DNA of 64,000 nucleotides from Squalus acanthias (taxonomy: Eukaryota): contig CM059432.1 of the NCBI GenBank assembly GCA_030390025.1, positions 121,646,001 to 121,710,000 of the forward strand, given 5' to 3'. The notes below the pieces were generated by a model that was not told the origin of the DNA, did no database searches, and saw nothing but the letters and a program-made list of their open reading frames with translations. The position numbers and the translations under genes are program-made. Below are positions 14,322-27,550 of the stretch, in pieces. The first letter of the stretch is position 1, and each line of letters begins with the position of its first letter.

Positions 14322-15980
14322 TGTAGAATTCGCAATATATCGCGATTTTATTAATAAGGAGAAAAACACAGAGTTTCGTTCAAACAGCTTTTATTTCAGC
14401 AGAATGCTGTCAGGTTTTCAAAGTGGACACAAGCAGCCTGTAAAATGGCCGCCACACCTCGTGGCAGAACATTCTAGACTTTTCAACAGGCAGACAAGAT
14501 GGCGTTCCAATAAACATTTGTGCAAGATCGATTAAGACTCAGCACATTGAAGATAATACACGAGACATCATGGGTTTACAGTATACACATAAATACTGAA
14601 ATCGGTCTCCCAGGTACGAATAAAAGCTATTGTACCAAGTAATCAAGAACCCATCCAAAGACATTAATATGTAGAATCCCAACGACTCTACGATGAGAGA
14701 GCCGTTAGCGGGTAGTTACAGAAAACACTTGGAAGCCCCAAAACCCCTCCGGGGAGAACACCGACCGATTAAACAATGGGAGAAATATTAACAGGTACTC
14801 AGACATTTACGAGTAGCCCCGAAACCCATTAAAACGAAGATCACCCTATACAAGACATTTGAGCGCCAAACCCTAACAAAAGAAAAGACATTAAGGTTGG
14901 GCGGGAAACGGAAGATTTTGCACTATAATTGCAAGCTCCAAACTGTCCATCTTTCTCTTGACTCTTGGCTCTTATTCGGTTGACTCTTATCCTCGTGGCT
15001 GCTCCTGTGCTCTTGACTCGCCGTCTTGTTCCTGCTTGCCTCGTGTCTCTTTTCAAAAGACTGTTGAACTTTACGATCCGCTCGAATCTACCTCGTGTCG
15101 TGTCGCGAAGACCTGTGTAGAACTGGGCTCTGAAGCCTTGAAGCGGGCGCACCATCCCGATAAGTCGGTAAACGGTGTTGGAACCGAAGGCCCGAGATGA
15201 GATGAGATGAGATGAGATGAGATGAGATGAGATGAAAAGAGAAGAAGACCATACTTATCGCCACGGTCAGTAAGCTCCGACCGCGCCTGTAGGTCGAATA
15301 GACATTTTCCTTGCCAGGAAGACTTCTTCGAGTTTTACAGAACTGACAGGAAGACTATTTTTCGAATTTTATCGAACCGGTGTGAGGGCACAGGAAGACT
15401 CTTTTTTGAGTAGTGTCGGAACTCCGAGGACAACACAGATCTTCATGACAGCAGACGTTCCAGCCTGCTAGCCGGAGCAGAAACGAGTAAACAAGTGGGG
15501 CCAGGAGACCCCCTGATCGACACGTGGGCGCTGCGGTGAAAAACATCCGATCAGAGTTTTCGGAATTCTCCGAGTTATCACGAGTGGTGAGCATGAGTCT
15601 CGAATCCTACGAATCTAGCTTAGGACAGATATTGATAGGGGAGGGTTTTAAGTATTAAGGATAATTGTAATGTGTGCCCCCATTTACGATGTGTCGTTCG
15701 TTCCTCGTTTCCCTGAAATTAGTTACATAACTGCGTGTAAGATTGTACTGTCATTAATCTGTGCTTATGACATGTATTTCGTAATCTTAAGTACTATGCA
15801 ATAAAGATTTTCCATTTCGTACCATTCAACCGAGTCTACCTGAGTTTCATCTCCATTACTGCTCTCGCATCTAAGTCCAGTGTCTAGAACCGTAAGGGCG
15901 AGTGGGTCGAACCACTCACAGGTGTGTCTAGTGCTCCCAGACTGGCTGGAGACCAGAACAGGCAACAAGGCCTAAACCCG
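14322..15980 (+). repeat. ERV LTR, 3'-truncated, fused to an L2 fragment
   Basis: Starts TGTAGAATTCGC; homology stops shortly before the expected CCTTACA end; no TSD. Confidence 0.92.
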
Positions 15981-15984
15981 GCTT

Positions 15985-17480
15985 CAGTTCATCCGGGACT
16001 GGATACCAGGCAAGCAGCGTGACAAATCAGAGATAGTGAGGTCGAGCTGGGTGTCATTAGCATACATGTGGAACCTAACGTGTTTTCGAATGATGTCACT
16101 GAGGGGCTGCATGTAGAGAGAAATAGGAGGGTCCAAGGATAGATGGGGGACTCCAGAGGTAATGGTGCAGGAGTGGGAACAGAAGCCATTGCAGGTGAAT
16201 CTCTGGCTACGATTAGATAGATAAGTTTGGACCTAGGCAAAGGCAGTCCCACCCAGTTGGATGACAGAGGAGAAGCGTTGGAGAAGGATGGAGTGGTCAA
16301 CTGTGTCAAAGGCTGCAGACAGGTTGAGGAGGATGAGAAAGGCTAGTTTACCACAGTCAGTCACATAGAATGTCACTTGTGACTTTGATAAAGGCCGTTT
16401 CAGTCCTATGGCGATGGCAGAAACCTGATTGGAGAAAATCAAACATGGAGTTGTGGGAAAGATGGGCATGGCTTTGGGAGGCGACAACATGTTCAAGGAC
16501 TTTGGAGATGAAAGGGAGGTCAGAGATGGGGCGGTAGTTTACAAGGACAGAGGGTCAAGGGTGGGTTATTTAAGGGGGTCGAGTGATGATGGCAGATTTG
16601 AAGGGGAGGGGACAGTACCTGAGGTGACAGAATGGTTAACAATATTAGCTAACACGGGGGTCAGGAAGGGAAGTTGGGTGGTTTGCAGTTTGGTGGGAAT
16701 AGGGTCGAGGGAACAGGAGTTGGGTCTCATGGACAAGATGTGCACGGAGGTCATGAGGGGAGATAGGAGATCAACTTGAGAAAAATGCGAGTTCAGGGCT
16801 AGGGCAAGGGGGAACCTTATGGGAAATTTGGCCCGGTGGGCTAGGGGAAGGGAGTGAAGTGGCAGAGGCACCTGAACAGATTATCTCAATTTTAGTGACA
16901 AAGGAGTCGATGAGCTTCTTGCACTTGTCGTTGGAGATGAGGGTGGAGGAGGCAGGGGAGGTTTGTAGTGGAGAAAAGAAGCTGGGGGTTATAATTGCAT
17001 TTCAAGATGATCCTGGAATAGTGAACAGTTTTGGCAGAGGAGAGCAGGACCTGATAGTGCATTATGTGGTCCAGCCAGATCTGGTGATAAATGGCTAAAC
17101 CAGTTGTCCACCATAATGTTCAATTCTGCATCCCTTGGACTTAAGGAAGTGGAGATGAGGGCCGTACCAGGGGAGTGACTAGTATGAGAGAGAGTGATGC
17201 TTTTTAGGGGACAAGGGAATCAAAGGTAGAGGTGAGGGTGTGATTGAGCAGATCGGTAGCTGTAGAAATGCCCTGGTGAATGGATGGCCAAAGGCTAGAC
17301 AGTTGGGAATGCGAAAGTGCCATTGTAAGTGACTTGGGGGAGAGTCTTTTCCAGGGGCGGACACAGAAGGAAGTGAATATGGAAGAGGAAGGAGGATGTA
17401 AGTGGAGAGGGATACAAAGAAGTGGTCAGAGATGGCCTTATCTGTGATTGACATGATTGGGCTATTGAGGCCACATCCAT
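15985..17480 (-). mobile_element. Degenerate L2 LINE
   Basis: Peptides LNLSAAFDTVDH, SCSLDPIPT, SDHFFV over several frames. Confidence 0.8.
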
Positions 17481-19589
17481 TTAAAATCAAGCAGTTAAAA
17501 CAGTATTTTAGTCCAACCCAGTCCTGAAATCAAAACAGCCCAAACATTTTACTAAGATCATCACAACAGAGAGGTCTAATTAAGTAGCTGGATTGAATGG
17601 GTGGTGCCCTGGCCCAACAGCTATCAAGTCCACCACAATTTCAATCATTTGAATATGCAAACTGTTTACAGCTGTCAGCCAGTCTATAATGGAAATGATA
17701 GACATATGAAGGTCCCTCAGGGAAGCAATCAATGTAGTAAGACTGGCCTGCTCTGCTGTTAGTCAACCATGTGGAAATATATATAGGTGGATACAAGCAT
17801 GGAGAAAAAGGGTTTTAATTTATCTTAATATTACCTTGGATTGTACAGTGACTAACAAGTTCAGTTGGTTCCCAGAGGACTATGTACATAAAAGTGGTGA
17901 TGTTTATTGTTACTGGTGGTGCAGTGGAGGGGACTAACTGTCCCTGCAGGTCATTGTGGGCCAAACAGACAACATTTTCCATTCGCATCCCTGGTGAGCC
18001 GAGCCTTTTCATGCACCATCCATCAGGTCCAGATAACTGATTCTGCTGTGGTAGACTTGTTGCCAAGAGTAACTTACTCTGTGAGTAGTTCATCTCCTTT
18101 GCCCGCTGCACTGTCAGGCTGTCATCTTGATAAGAAAACACAGCACAAGCTGTGATCCATGCTGAAAGATGGAAGCCCTGCTATACATTCTGTTGAGTGC
18201 TATGGTGAAACTCAAATTCTCCATTGTTTTCTTCCACCTCCACCCCCATCTCTCCCTTTCTGTAATCAAAACCCACATCCATATTTGACCACCTAATGCC
18301 TATTTAAGCTGGTCTCCCTTAACCCACTCTTCATACACTTCAACCTGTAAAATGCTGCAATCTTCATCCACAGTCACATTAAGTCCCACACTCCCCATGC
18401 CCCAGTGTGCGAATTTCAAAATTCTCATTCTTGTTTCAAATCTCTCCATGATCTCTCGCATCTCATCTTAGTGATCTCCTCTTTCCTTACATCCCTCCAC
18501 ACACGCTTCGCTCTTCTGATCCTAGACCTCGCACTCCTCCATTGATGGTTGCTCATTCAGCCAATATGCTCCTGTCTTCAGGAATTCCATACCTAGTCCC
18601 TCTGTCTTGCCACTTCCCTCTCTGCTGTCAAAAACTTCCTCTTGGGTTCCCCATCCTAGTCTCTCCATTCCCGATGCTCAGTGCCCAACTTCCTTCTTAT
18701 TGTAAAAGCACTTGGAAGGGTCTTATTGGTCTCAAGTAGTACTATATTAATGGAAGTTGTCACTTGGTCTTCAACAAAGCCATTTTTTAATGGATTATTA
18801 TCACGAGCACATTTAGGCTGGGAACAAGAATCAGGGTCATGGTAATGGACAAAAGTTTAGCTCTTAAAAATAATCTAGAGGAAAATATACTGCAGTATAG
18901 GAGAGATCTTAGACAATTTGAAAATATCAGTAGCTTTATGTTCAGTAACTTGATTGAGTTGATGTCAACTCAAAACCACTCATCTATGGAATCAGACAGA
19001 AAATATATCCCAGAGGCTGAGGCTTTTTCCTCAAATTCAACTTCAGTCACAGGGGATGTCCATGTCAATGTTCTCTCCACTAGCTCTGTTACCAGTGGTA
19101 ATACACAAGAGGAACTATCAGAAGGAACTGAGCAGGCAGTGAGGACTTCATGGTTATTGTGAAATCAAATCACTGAAATAATACAAATAAGGCACATTGC
19201 ACACATGCTATGTAAATACACATTATTGGATGGTGTATTTCAAGTAGTGTTTTCATTATTTTATGGCATTAATATTTTTATTTGAATAAACAGAAGTACA
19301 AGCCAGTCTTGTTTGTAAGCACAGTAAGAAGAATTGTCATTTAAAATAAAAGATATAAGCACCAGATCTGATTAGTCTTCTTCGACAGAAATCCAAGGTG
19401 ACTTTGTTTATTTACATGGGAGGTCCACACATATTTGGACTGGCCTGAATGTCGATCAGAACCAGCAGGAGAAATTAATATGCAAACCCATGTAAAGGAA
19501 AAAAAAACTCCAGAATTTAAGTGGAAAGTCCAATAATAAAATGTGAGAATAGCCACAGGTTTGGGCAATTTAATTGGTTAAGGTGATCG

Positions 19590-21250
19590 AATGCTGGTCC
19601 CATTGTTCAGCAAGGTCTCAGAAGCCAGTCTTCAGCCAATTCAATTCACTCCACATGATATCAAGAAATGGCTGAGCGCACTGGACACTGGATGCTGTGG
19701 GCCCCGACAACATCCCAGCTATCATGCTGAAGACTTGAGCTCCAGAACTAGCCGTGCCTCTGGCCAAGCTGTTCCAGTACAGCTACAACACTGGCATCTA
19801 TCCGACAATGTGGAAAACTGCCCAGGTATGTCCTGTCCACAAAAAGCAGGACAAATCCAATCAGGCCAATTACCGCCCCATCAGTTTACTCTCAATCATC
19901 AGCAAAGAGATGGAAGATGTCATCGACAGTGCTACCAAGCGGCACTTACTCACCAATAACCTGCTCACTGAAGCCCAGTTTGGGTTCCAACAAGACCACT
20001 CGGCTCCAGACCTCATTACAGCCTTGGTCCAAACATAGACAAAGGAGCTGAATTCCAGAGGTGAGGTGAGAGTGAATGCCCTAGACATCAAGGCAGCATT
20101 TGACTGAGTGTGGCATCAAGGAGCCCTAGTAAAACTGAAGTCAATGGGAATCGGGGGGGGGGGGGGGGGGCGGGGGGGGTTGGGGGGGAACTCTCCACTG
20201 GCTGGAGTCATACCTAGCACAAAGGAAATGGTTGCGGTGATTGAAGGTCAATCATCACAGCCCCAGGACATCGCTGCAGGAGTTCCTCAGGGAAGTGTCC
20301 TAGGCCCAATCATCTTCAGCTGCTTCATCAACGACCTTCCCTCCAACATAAGGTCAGAAATGGGGATGTTCGCTGATGACTGCACAGTGTTCAGTGCCAT
20401 TCACAACTCCTCAGATAATGAAGCAGTCCATGCCCGCATGCAACAAGACCTGGATGACGTTCAGGCTTGGGCTGATAAGTGACAGGTAACATTCGCGCCA
20501 GGCAATGACTATCTCCAACAAGCGAGAGTCTAACCACCGCCCATGACATTCAACGGCATTACCATCACCGAACCTTCAACATCCTGGGGGCCACCATTGA
20601 CCAGAAACATAACTTGTTGCCACAAAAATACTGTGGCAACAAGAGCAGGTCAGAGGCTAGGTATTCTGTGGCGAGTGTCTCACCTCCTGACTCCCCAAAG
20701 CCTTTCCACCATCTACAAGGCACAAGTAAGGAGTGTGATGGAATACCCTCCACTTGCCTGAATGAGTGCAGCTCCAACAACACTCAAGAAGCTCGATACC
20801 ATTCAGGACAAAGCAGCCCGCTTCATTGGCACCCCGTCCACCACCTTAAACATTCACTCCCTCCACCACCGGCGTACCATGGCTGCAGTGTGTACCATCT
20901 AGAAGATGCACTGCAGCAACTCGCCAAGGCGTCTTCGGCAGCATCTCCCAAACCCGCGACCTCTTCCACCTAGAAGGACAAGGGCAGCAGGCCCATGGGA
21001 ACACCACCACCTCCAAGTTCCCCTCCAAGTCACACACCAACCTGACTTAGAAGTATATCGCCGATCCTTCATCGTCGCTGGGTCAAAATCCTAGAACTCC
21101 CTCCCTAACAGCACTGTGGGAGTACCTTCACCACACGGACTGCAGTGGTTCAAGAAGGTGGCTCACCACCACCTTCTCAAGGGCAATTAGGGATGGGCAA
21201 TAAATGCTGGTCTTGCCAGCGACGCCCACATCCCATAAACTAATTAAAAA
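19590..21250 (+). mobile_element. 5'-truncated CR1/L2-group LINE, decayed RT plus 3' UTR
   Basis: NYRPISLLS, GVPQGSVLGP, FADD motifs split by stops and frameshifts; A-rich tail. Confidence 0.88.
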
Positions 21251-21352
21251 AACAATCTGCTATATGTGTTCTGCAGGACCGCTTAGACCAGAGAGTGGAG
21301 TCAAGCAACTTAAATTTCATATCCACCCTCTCCCAATAGCAATCCCTATACT

Positions 21353-22081
21353 GGCCCAGAATTTGCTAGAATGGGGAATCTCGCGGCATGCCCCGTGAGT
21401 TGGATTTTTTTCCTCACCCTTCAGCTCGAACATTTTTCGCGCCGCAAATTTCTGGGAGTGCGAGTAGATAACGGGGGCATCTGGAAGCTTGCTGAACGAT
21501 GGGACCAACAGCCTATCTCCTTACCCAATTAAATTTAAAGATAGAGAAAGAAACAGATGAATGACAGAGAAGGAAAGAGGGTGAATTAGAGTCAAGTTAG
21601 ATGCAGAAGGAGAAATTAAAAGAGGGAAAGAAAGATTGGATTAATTGAGAAAAAAGAGACAGCAAAAGAAAGTAAATTAAATTTTAAATTTAAAACACCT
21701 CTGGAAACTATTTACTACCAGCAGGAGTGAGACTCCACAGTTTCAATTGTTCTGTTCTGGGCCTCTGAGGTTGAGATGCATTGCAAGACCATGAATCTCA
21801 TCATTAAAAGGGTCCTTACATCGTTAAATACAAGCATTTACTTTCTGCGTAAATTCATATTTACAGCGCAAATCCAACAATTTCTTAGAACTCAAATGAG
21901 GTTGACGGTGAGCGCCGGTTTTTGCGAGGTTAATGGTGGAGCGACGCAAATCGGCCAGCAATTCGCTGCGATTCGCAACTCATGCCGTATTTCTTTCTCG
22001 CCACAAACTGCTGGGTTTTTTATGCACTAATAATGACAAGCACCGTGAACTCGCCTTTACTTTCCCAGCAAATTCTGGGCC
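21353..22081. mobile_element. Non-autonomous DNA transposon with 15-bp TIRs
   Basis: GGCCCAGAATTTGCT / AGCAAATTCTGGGCC; related fragments near 12990 and 54840-55200. Confidence 0.7.
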
Positions 22082-22700
22082 TTTGTTTCATTTCTCAAAG
22101 GTTCTAGGCATAGTAGGTTGAGCATTAATTGCTTGCAGAAGTAAAGGGCTGAGCGGGGCAATTTGCCTACGCTCAATAGGGATATTCTGAATATTGCCAA
22201 TGTATTTTTTTGGAATAGAATCCCATCTTAAATGAAACAGGAAATACCATCAAGTATTGGTACACTCTGGGTCAACAATGATGCAGTCAATAGCACTCAG
22301 CACTCTTCAAAAATGAGCTGTGGCACAAAATTGGTAACTAAATGCTGCCGCTGTACTGGTTTGAATGTATTGAAATGTTCTCATGCAGTGTATCAGTCAC
22401 CTCCTGTAATTGTTGATAGTTGATTGATGAATCCCTGTATAATCACCATAAAAAATAACAGCAGAAAGGTCTAGTGACAGTGACTTTCCCAGCTACAGGC
22501 AAAACAATTACTACAACAGAACAATTCTAAGTCTGACTACAGCCTGTGACGTTGTCCTGCAAGAACCCATTCACTGAAGTGCAATTGCCTCAGACACTAA
22601 TACAATAGCAAAATACTGCGGATGCTGGAAATCTGAAATAACAACAGAAAAAGCTGGAAATACTCAGCAGGCCAGGCAGCATCCGTGGAGAGAGAAACAG

Positions 22701-22737
22701 AGTTAACGTTTCAGGTCTGGGACCCTTCATCAGAACT
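22701..22737 (-). ncRNA. Minimal hammerhead ribozyme motif in pLTR
   Basis: AGTT-CTGATGA-A-GGGTC cca GACCT-GAAA-CGTT-AACT. Confidence 0.7.
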
Positions 22738-22907
22738 GGAAAAAGCTGGAGATGTAACAGATATTAAGCAGGTGCAGAGACAGGGCGGGGTTTAGGAGGG
22801 GAGGAAGGAGTTGAAAGAACATACTATGCTTATGTAAGAGGCATGAAAGATAAAATATTACAAATGGGAATGGCAAAATCATACAGCATGAAAAATGGGG
22901 GCAGGGA

Positions 22908-25900
22908 TTATTGTCTGAAATTGTTGAACTCGATGTTAAGTCCGGAAGGCTGCAAAGTGCCTAATCGAAAGATGAGGTGCTGTTCCTCGAGCTTACGTTG
23001 AGTTTCATTGGAACAATATAATAGGCCGAGGACAGAGAGATCAGAGTGGGAGTGAAGCGGAGAATTAAAGTGACAGGTGACCGGAAGCTCAGGGTCACCC
23101 TTACGGACTGAACGAAGGTGTTCCGCAAAGCGGTCACCCAATCTGCGTTTGGTCTCCCCAATGTAGAGGAGACCGCATCGTGAGCAGCGAATACAGTATA
23201 TTAAATTGCAAGAAGTACAAGTAAATCGCTGTTTCACCTGGAAGGGGTGTTTGGGGCCCTGGACAGTGGGAAGGGAGGAGGTAAAAGGGCATGTGTTGCA
23301 TCTCCTGCGCTTGCACGGGAATGTGCCAGGCGAAGGAGAAGGGCTGTTAGGGGTGATTGAGGAGTGGACCAGGGTGTCGCAGAGGGAGCGGTCCCTACGG
23401 AATGCTGAAAGGGGAGGTGAGGGGAAGATGTGTTTGGTGGTGGGATCACGTTGGAGGTGGCGGAAATGGTGGCAGATTATCTGTTGACTGTGGAGGCTGG
23501 TGGGATGAAAGGTGAGGACAAGGGGAACCCTATCGTGGTTCCGGGAGGGAGGGGCAGGGATGAGGGCAGAAGTGCGGGAGATAGAACGGACACGGTCAAG
23601 GGCCGTGTCAACCACAGTAGAGAGGAATCCTCGGTTGAGGAAAAAGGAAGACATGTCGGAAGCACTGGTATGGAAGGTGGCATCGTCAGAACAGACGCAG
23701 CGGAGACGGAGAAACTGGGAGAATGGAATAGAGTCCTTACAGGAAGCGGGGTGGGAGGAAGTGTAGTCCAGGTAGCTGTGGGAGTCAGTGGGCTTGTAGT
23801 GGATGTTTGTCGAAAGCCGATCACCAGAAATGGAGACGGAGAAGTCAAGGAAGGGAAGAGTCGGAGATGGACCATGTGAAGGTGAGGGAAGGGTGGAAAT
23901 TGTAGGTAAAGTGAATGAACTTATCTAGTTCAGGTCGAGAGCAGGAAACGGCACCGATACAGTCATCGATGTACCGGAAAAAGAGGTGAGGGAGGGGACC
24001 TGAGTAGGACTGGAACAAAGAATGTTCCACATATCCCATGAACAGGCAGGCATAGCTAGGGCCCATGCGGGTTCCCATAGCAACACCTTTAATTTGGAGG
24101 AAGTGACTGGAGTCAAAGGACAAGTTGTTTAATGTGAGAACAAGTTCAGCCAGGTGGAGGAGGGTGGTGGTGGATGGGGACTGGTTGGGCCTCTGTTCAA
24201 GGAAGAAACGGAGCGCCCTCAGGCCGTCCTGGTGGGGGATGGAGGTGTAGAGGGATTGGACGTCCATTGTGAAAAGGAGACGGTTGGGGCCAGGAAACTG
24301 GAAACTGTTAAAGTGATGGAGGGCGTCGGAAGAGTCGCGAATGTAGGTGGGAAGAGACTGGACAAGGGGAGAAAAAATAGAGTCGAGATAGGAAGAGATA
24401 TGTTCCGTGGGGCAAGAACAGGCTGAAACGATGGGTCTACCAGGGCAGTCCTGTTTGTGGATCTTGGGAAGGAGGTAGAAGCGGGCTGTGCGAGGTTGGG
24501 GGACTATGAGGTTGGCGGCCATGGAGGGAAGATCTCCAGAGGAGATGAGGTCAGTGACAGTCTTGGAAACAATGGCCTGATGTTTGCTAGTGGGGTCATG
24601 GTCCAGGCGGAGGTAGGAGGAGGTGTCGGAGATTTGGCGTTCAACTTCCGCACGGTAGAGGTCGGTTCGCCAAACAACAACAGCACCACCCTTATCAGCA
24701 GGTTTAATAATAATGTTAGGTTTGGATCGGAGAGAACGGAGTGCTGCAAGTTCAGAGGGAGGTAGGTTGGAATGAGAGAGGGGAGCAGAGAAATTGAGAT
24801 GGCCGATGTCACGTCGGCAGTTAGCAATGAAAAGATCTAGAGAGAGTAAAAGGCCAGACGGAGGGGTCTGTAGAGTTTCGCAATTATCGCGATTCAAATA
24901 ATATGAGAGAAGCAGGTTCAATTGATCATTTTTATTAAACGAAATGCTGCCCTGACAATAAAGGACACAGAAGCCTGTAAAATGGTCGCCGCGCATCGTG
25001 GCAGAAGCTTCCAGAGACACAGTGGGCAGACAAGATGGCGTCAAATATACATTCAGTATGAGATCGGATCATACTCGGTACACATTGTAAAGACAGGATG
25101 CAACCCATTTGCATTTTGGACAATAGCAATGATATAAGTGCTGGAATTGTTTCCTACGCACAGTAAGGATCATTGAACTGGGCCATCGAGAACCCATCCA
25201 GACACATCAATACACAAATACCCCCCCGGCTCAACAATGAGAGAGACATTGGCGGGTGATTAAGCCAGTATTCGGGGGGCCCCAAAACCAGTCGAGGAGA
25301 CGATTCATACACATCCTGGCTGGCTCAACAATGGAGAAGGTATTAACGGATAGTTGGCCAGTTTCAGGTGTTACCGAAACCCGTTAAGAAGATAATCGCC
25401 CCATGCTGGGAGTTTTGGGCGCCAAAATCACACAAAGAATAAACGTTTAGATTTGAGCGGGAGATAAGGCGGACAAGGCAGTATAACTATAGAGAACAAA
25501 TGTCCATCGCTCGCTGGCTTCCTGGGCTCTTCCGTGACTCTCTCTCTCTCGGGCTGGACCCTCTCAGGCTCGCTTGGCCCTTGACTCTTCGCCGTGCTGG
25601 TCGGTTATTCAAGTGTTGGGTGGAGCTCAATCGGAACGAGCCACCTCGACAGGGCAAGTAACAGGGTACACCATCCCGAACGTCGGTAAACGGTGTTCGG
25701 ACCCAGAGGCCCGAGTATCCAGAAGAAAGACGAGAAGAAAGACGAGAAGAAATTCCACGTGCCGCCGTGGTCAGTAAACCCCGACCGCGCCCGAAGTTAT
25801 AACGACAGAATCCATCTTTGAATTCTACAGACCAGTACATGAACCGTTTTCTTTGAACTACTTCACGATCCGGTCTGAATCCATCGACCACTTCATGACA

Positions 25901-27255
25901 TCAAGGAATCTGGCTTACCTTTCGCGGCAGCGAGAGTAAACAAGTGGGGTGCAGAAGCCTTTACAACCACGTGACAGTCAGGCGCTGCAGCAAAACGAGC
26001 TGAGTGCCTCACTTTAAATTTCCGAAGTGAACCGAGTGGTGAGCATGTTTTCCGATCCTACAAATCCAGATGTAGTTTAGGTTTATTAAAGGAGGGTGGT
26101 TTTTCTTAGGTTAATGTACAATGTGTTCCCCCTTTTACGATGTGCCGTGTGTTCCCCATTTCCATAGACCAAGTTTTATGAACATGTGTATACTTGTACT
26201 CTCTTTGATCTGTGCCTATGACATGTATTTCATGATTTTGGACGCAATGCAATAAAGATATTCATTTCGTGCTATTCGACCGGGTCTATTTGAGTCTTTT
26301 CTCTGCATTACTGCTCCTTGCATCTAAGTCCAGGTGTCAGAACTGTAAGGGCGAGTGGGTTGAACCACTCACAGGTGCTTATTGCAAAAGTCTGGCCGGA
26401 GACCAGTGCAAGCAATAGTATAGGCAACGAAGGCCTCACCTCGCACCAGTACCGTGACCCCTTACAGGTCCAAGTAGAACGAGAATTCTGAAAGCGGGAG
26501 AAAGGGTCAGCTGTGCGGGGGAAAGACTCCTGACCAAAGAAGTGAACACGGAGACGAAGGCGACAGGAAAAAGAGCTCAGCATCGTGCCGAGCTCGAAAT
26601 TCATTGAGGCTGGGGGTGTAAGGGGATGAAGCTCAGGCCTTTGCTGAGGACTAATCGTTCGGGGTCAGAGAGGGGAAGGTCAGAGGGGATAGTGAAAACA
26701 CGGCAGGGGGTGAGATTGGGTGAAGGGGGGTCAGAAGAAAGTGAAGGGGAAGAAGGTTCCGGAGGGGCGTTGGTGTCCAAGCGCTGATGAAGCTTGTGAT
26801 CCTTGACATCAGAAAGGAAGAAAAAAAGTTTTTTGTTGAAGCGTCGGATGAGTCGAAGGATGAAATGAAACTGTAGACCCGGACAGCTCTGAGATAGAGT
26901 GCGTCGGTGCTGCTGAAGAGAGAGGTCGAGAGTGTTCATGTGGCGCCGCATAGCGTTGAGCGTGGATCTCAAGATGCGGCAAGAGCAGTAGTTCGAGGAA
27001 CGATGAATATCGAGGAGATATTTGTAATCCTGGGTGGATCGAAACATGAAGGGTGGAAGTTCAATTGGAATCCACGTGGAATAACTCGGAACCGGAGACA
27101 GTTACTGAGGAAAGTAATGTAGCTGTGAAACCGAGTCTTGGCAGATACCTGATCAAACACGAGAAGGGAAACTGAAAGCAATGAAGATGAACAAGGTTGA
27201 AGAGACAAGCGGAAATCCCATCGGAGAGAAGAGCAGAACTTCTTCAAGGTGGGCA
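22908..27255 (-). pseudogene. Penelope RT/GIY-YIG ORF, frameshifted and LTR-disrupted
   Basis: ORFs 26969-27397, 26601-27047, 23845-25044 (PLE part up to 24868), 22908-23654. Confidence 0.88.
24869..26466 (+). repeat. Solo LTR, most diverged subfamily (1598 bp)
   Basis: TGTAGAG..CCTTACA with perfect TSD GGTC (24865-68, 26467-70) inside the Penelope ORF. Confidence 0.95.
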
Positions 27256-27513
27256 TTCCTAGAAGAGAGGTGGCAGTGAACCAAACACTAATACAATAGC
27301 AAAATACTGCGGATGCTAGAAATCTGAAATAACAACAGAAAAAGCTGGAAATACTCAGCAGGCCAGGCAGCATCCGTGGAGAGAGAAACAGAGTCATCTT
27401 ATCTTTCTGCCTCTTACATAAGCACAGTATGTTCTTTCAACTCCTTCCTCCCCTCCTAAACCCCCCCCTGTCTCTGCACCTGCTTAATATCTGTTACATC
27501 TCCAGCTTTTTCC

Positions 27514-27550
27514 AGTTCTGATGAAGGGTCCCAGACCTGAAACGTTAACT
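27514..27550 (+). ncRNA. Minimal hammerhead ribozyme motif in inverted pLTR
   Basis: Reverse complement of 22701-22737. Confidence 0.7.

Noticed and set aside
18839..19162. 107-aa ORF as a host exon
   Set aside because: No recognisable domain or convincing splice sites
24869..25044. N-terminus of the 399-aa RT ORF
   Set aside because: Chance fusion of solo-LTR sequence to the Penelope ORF
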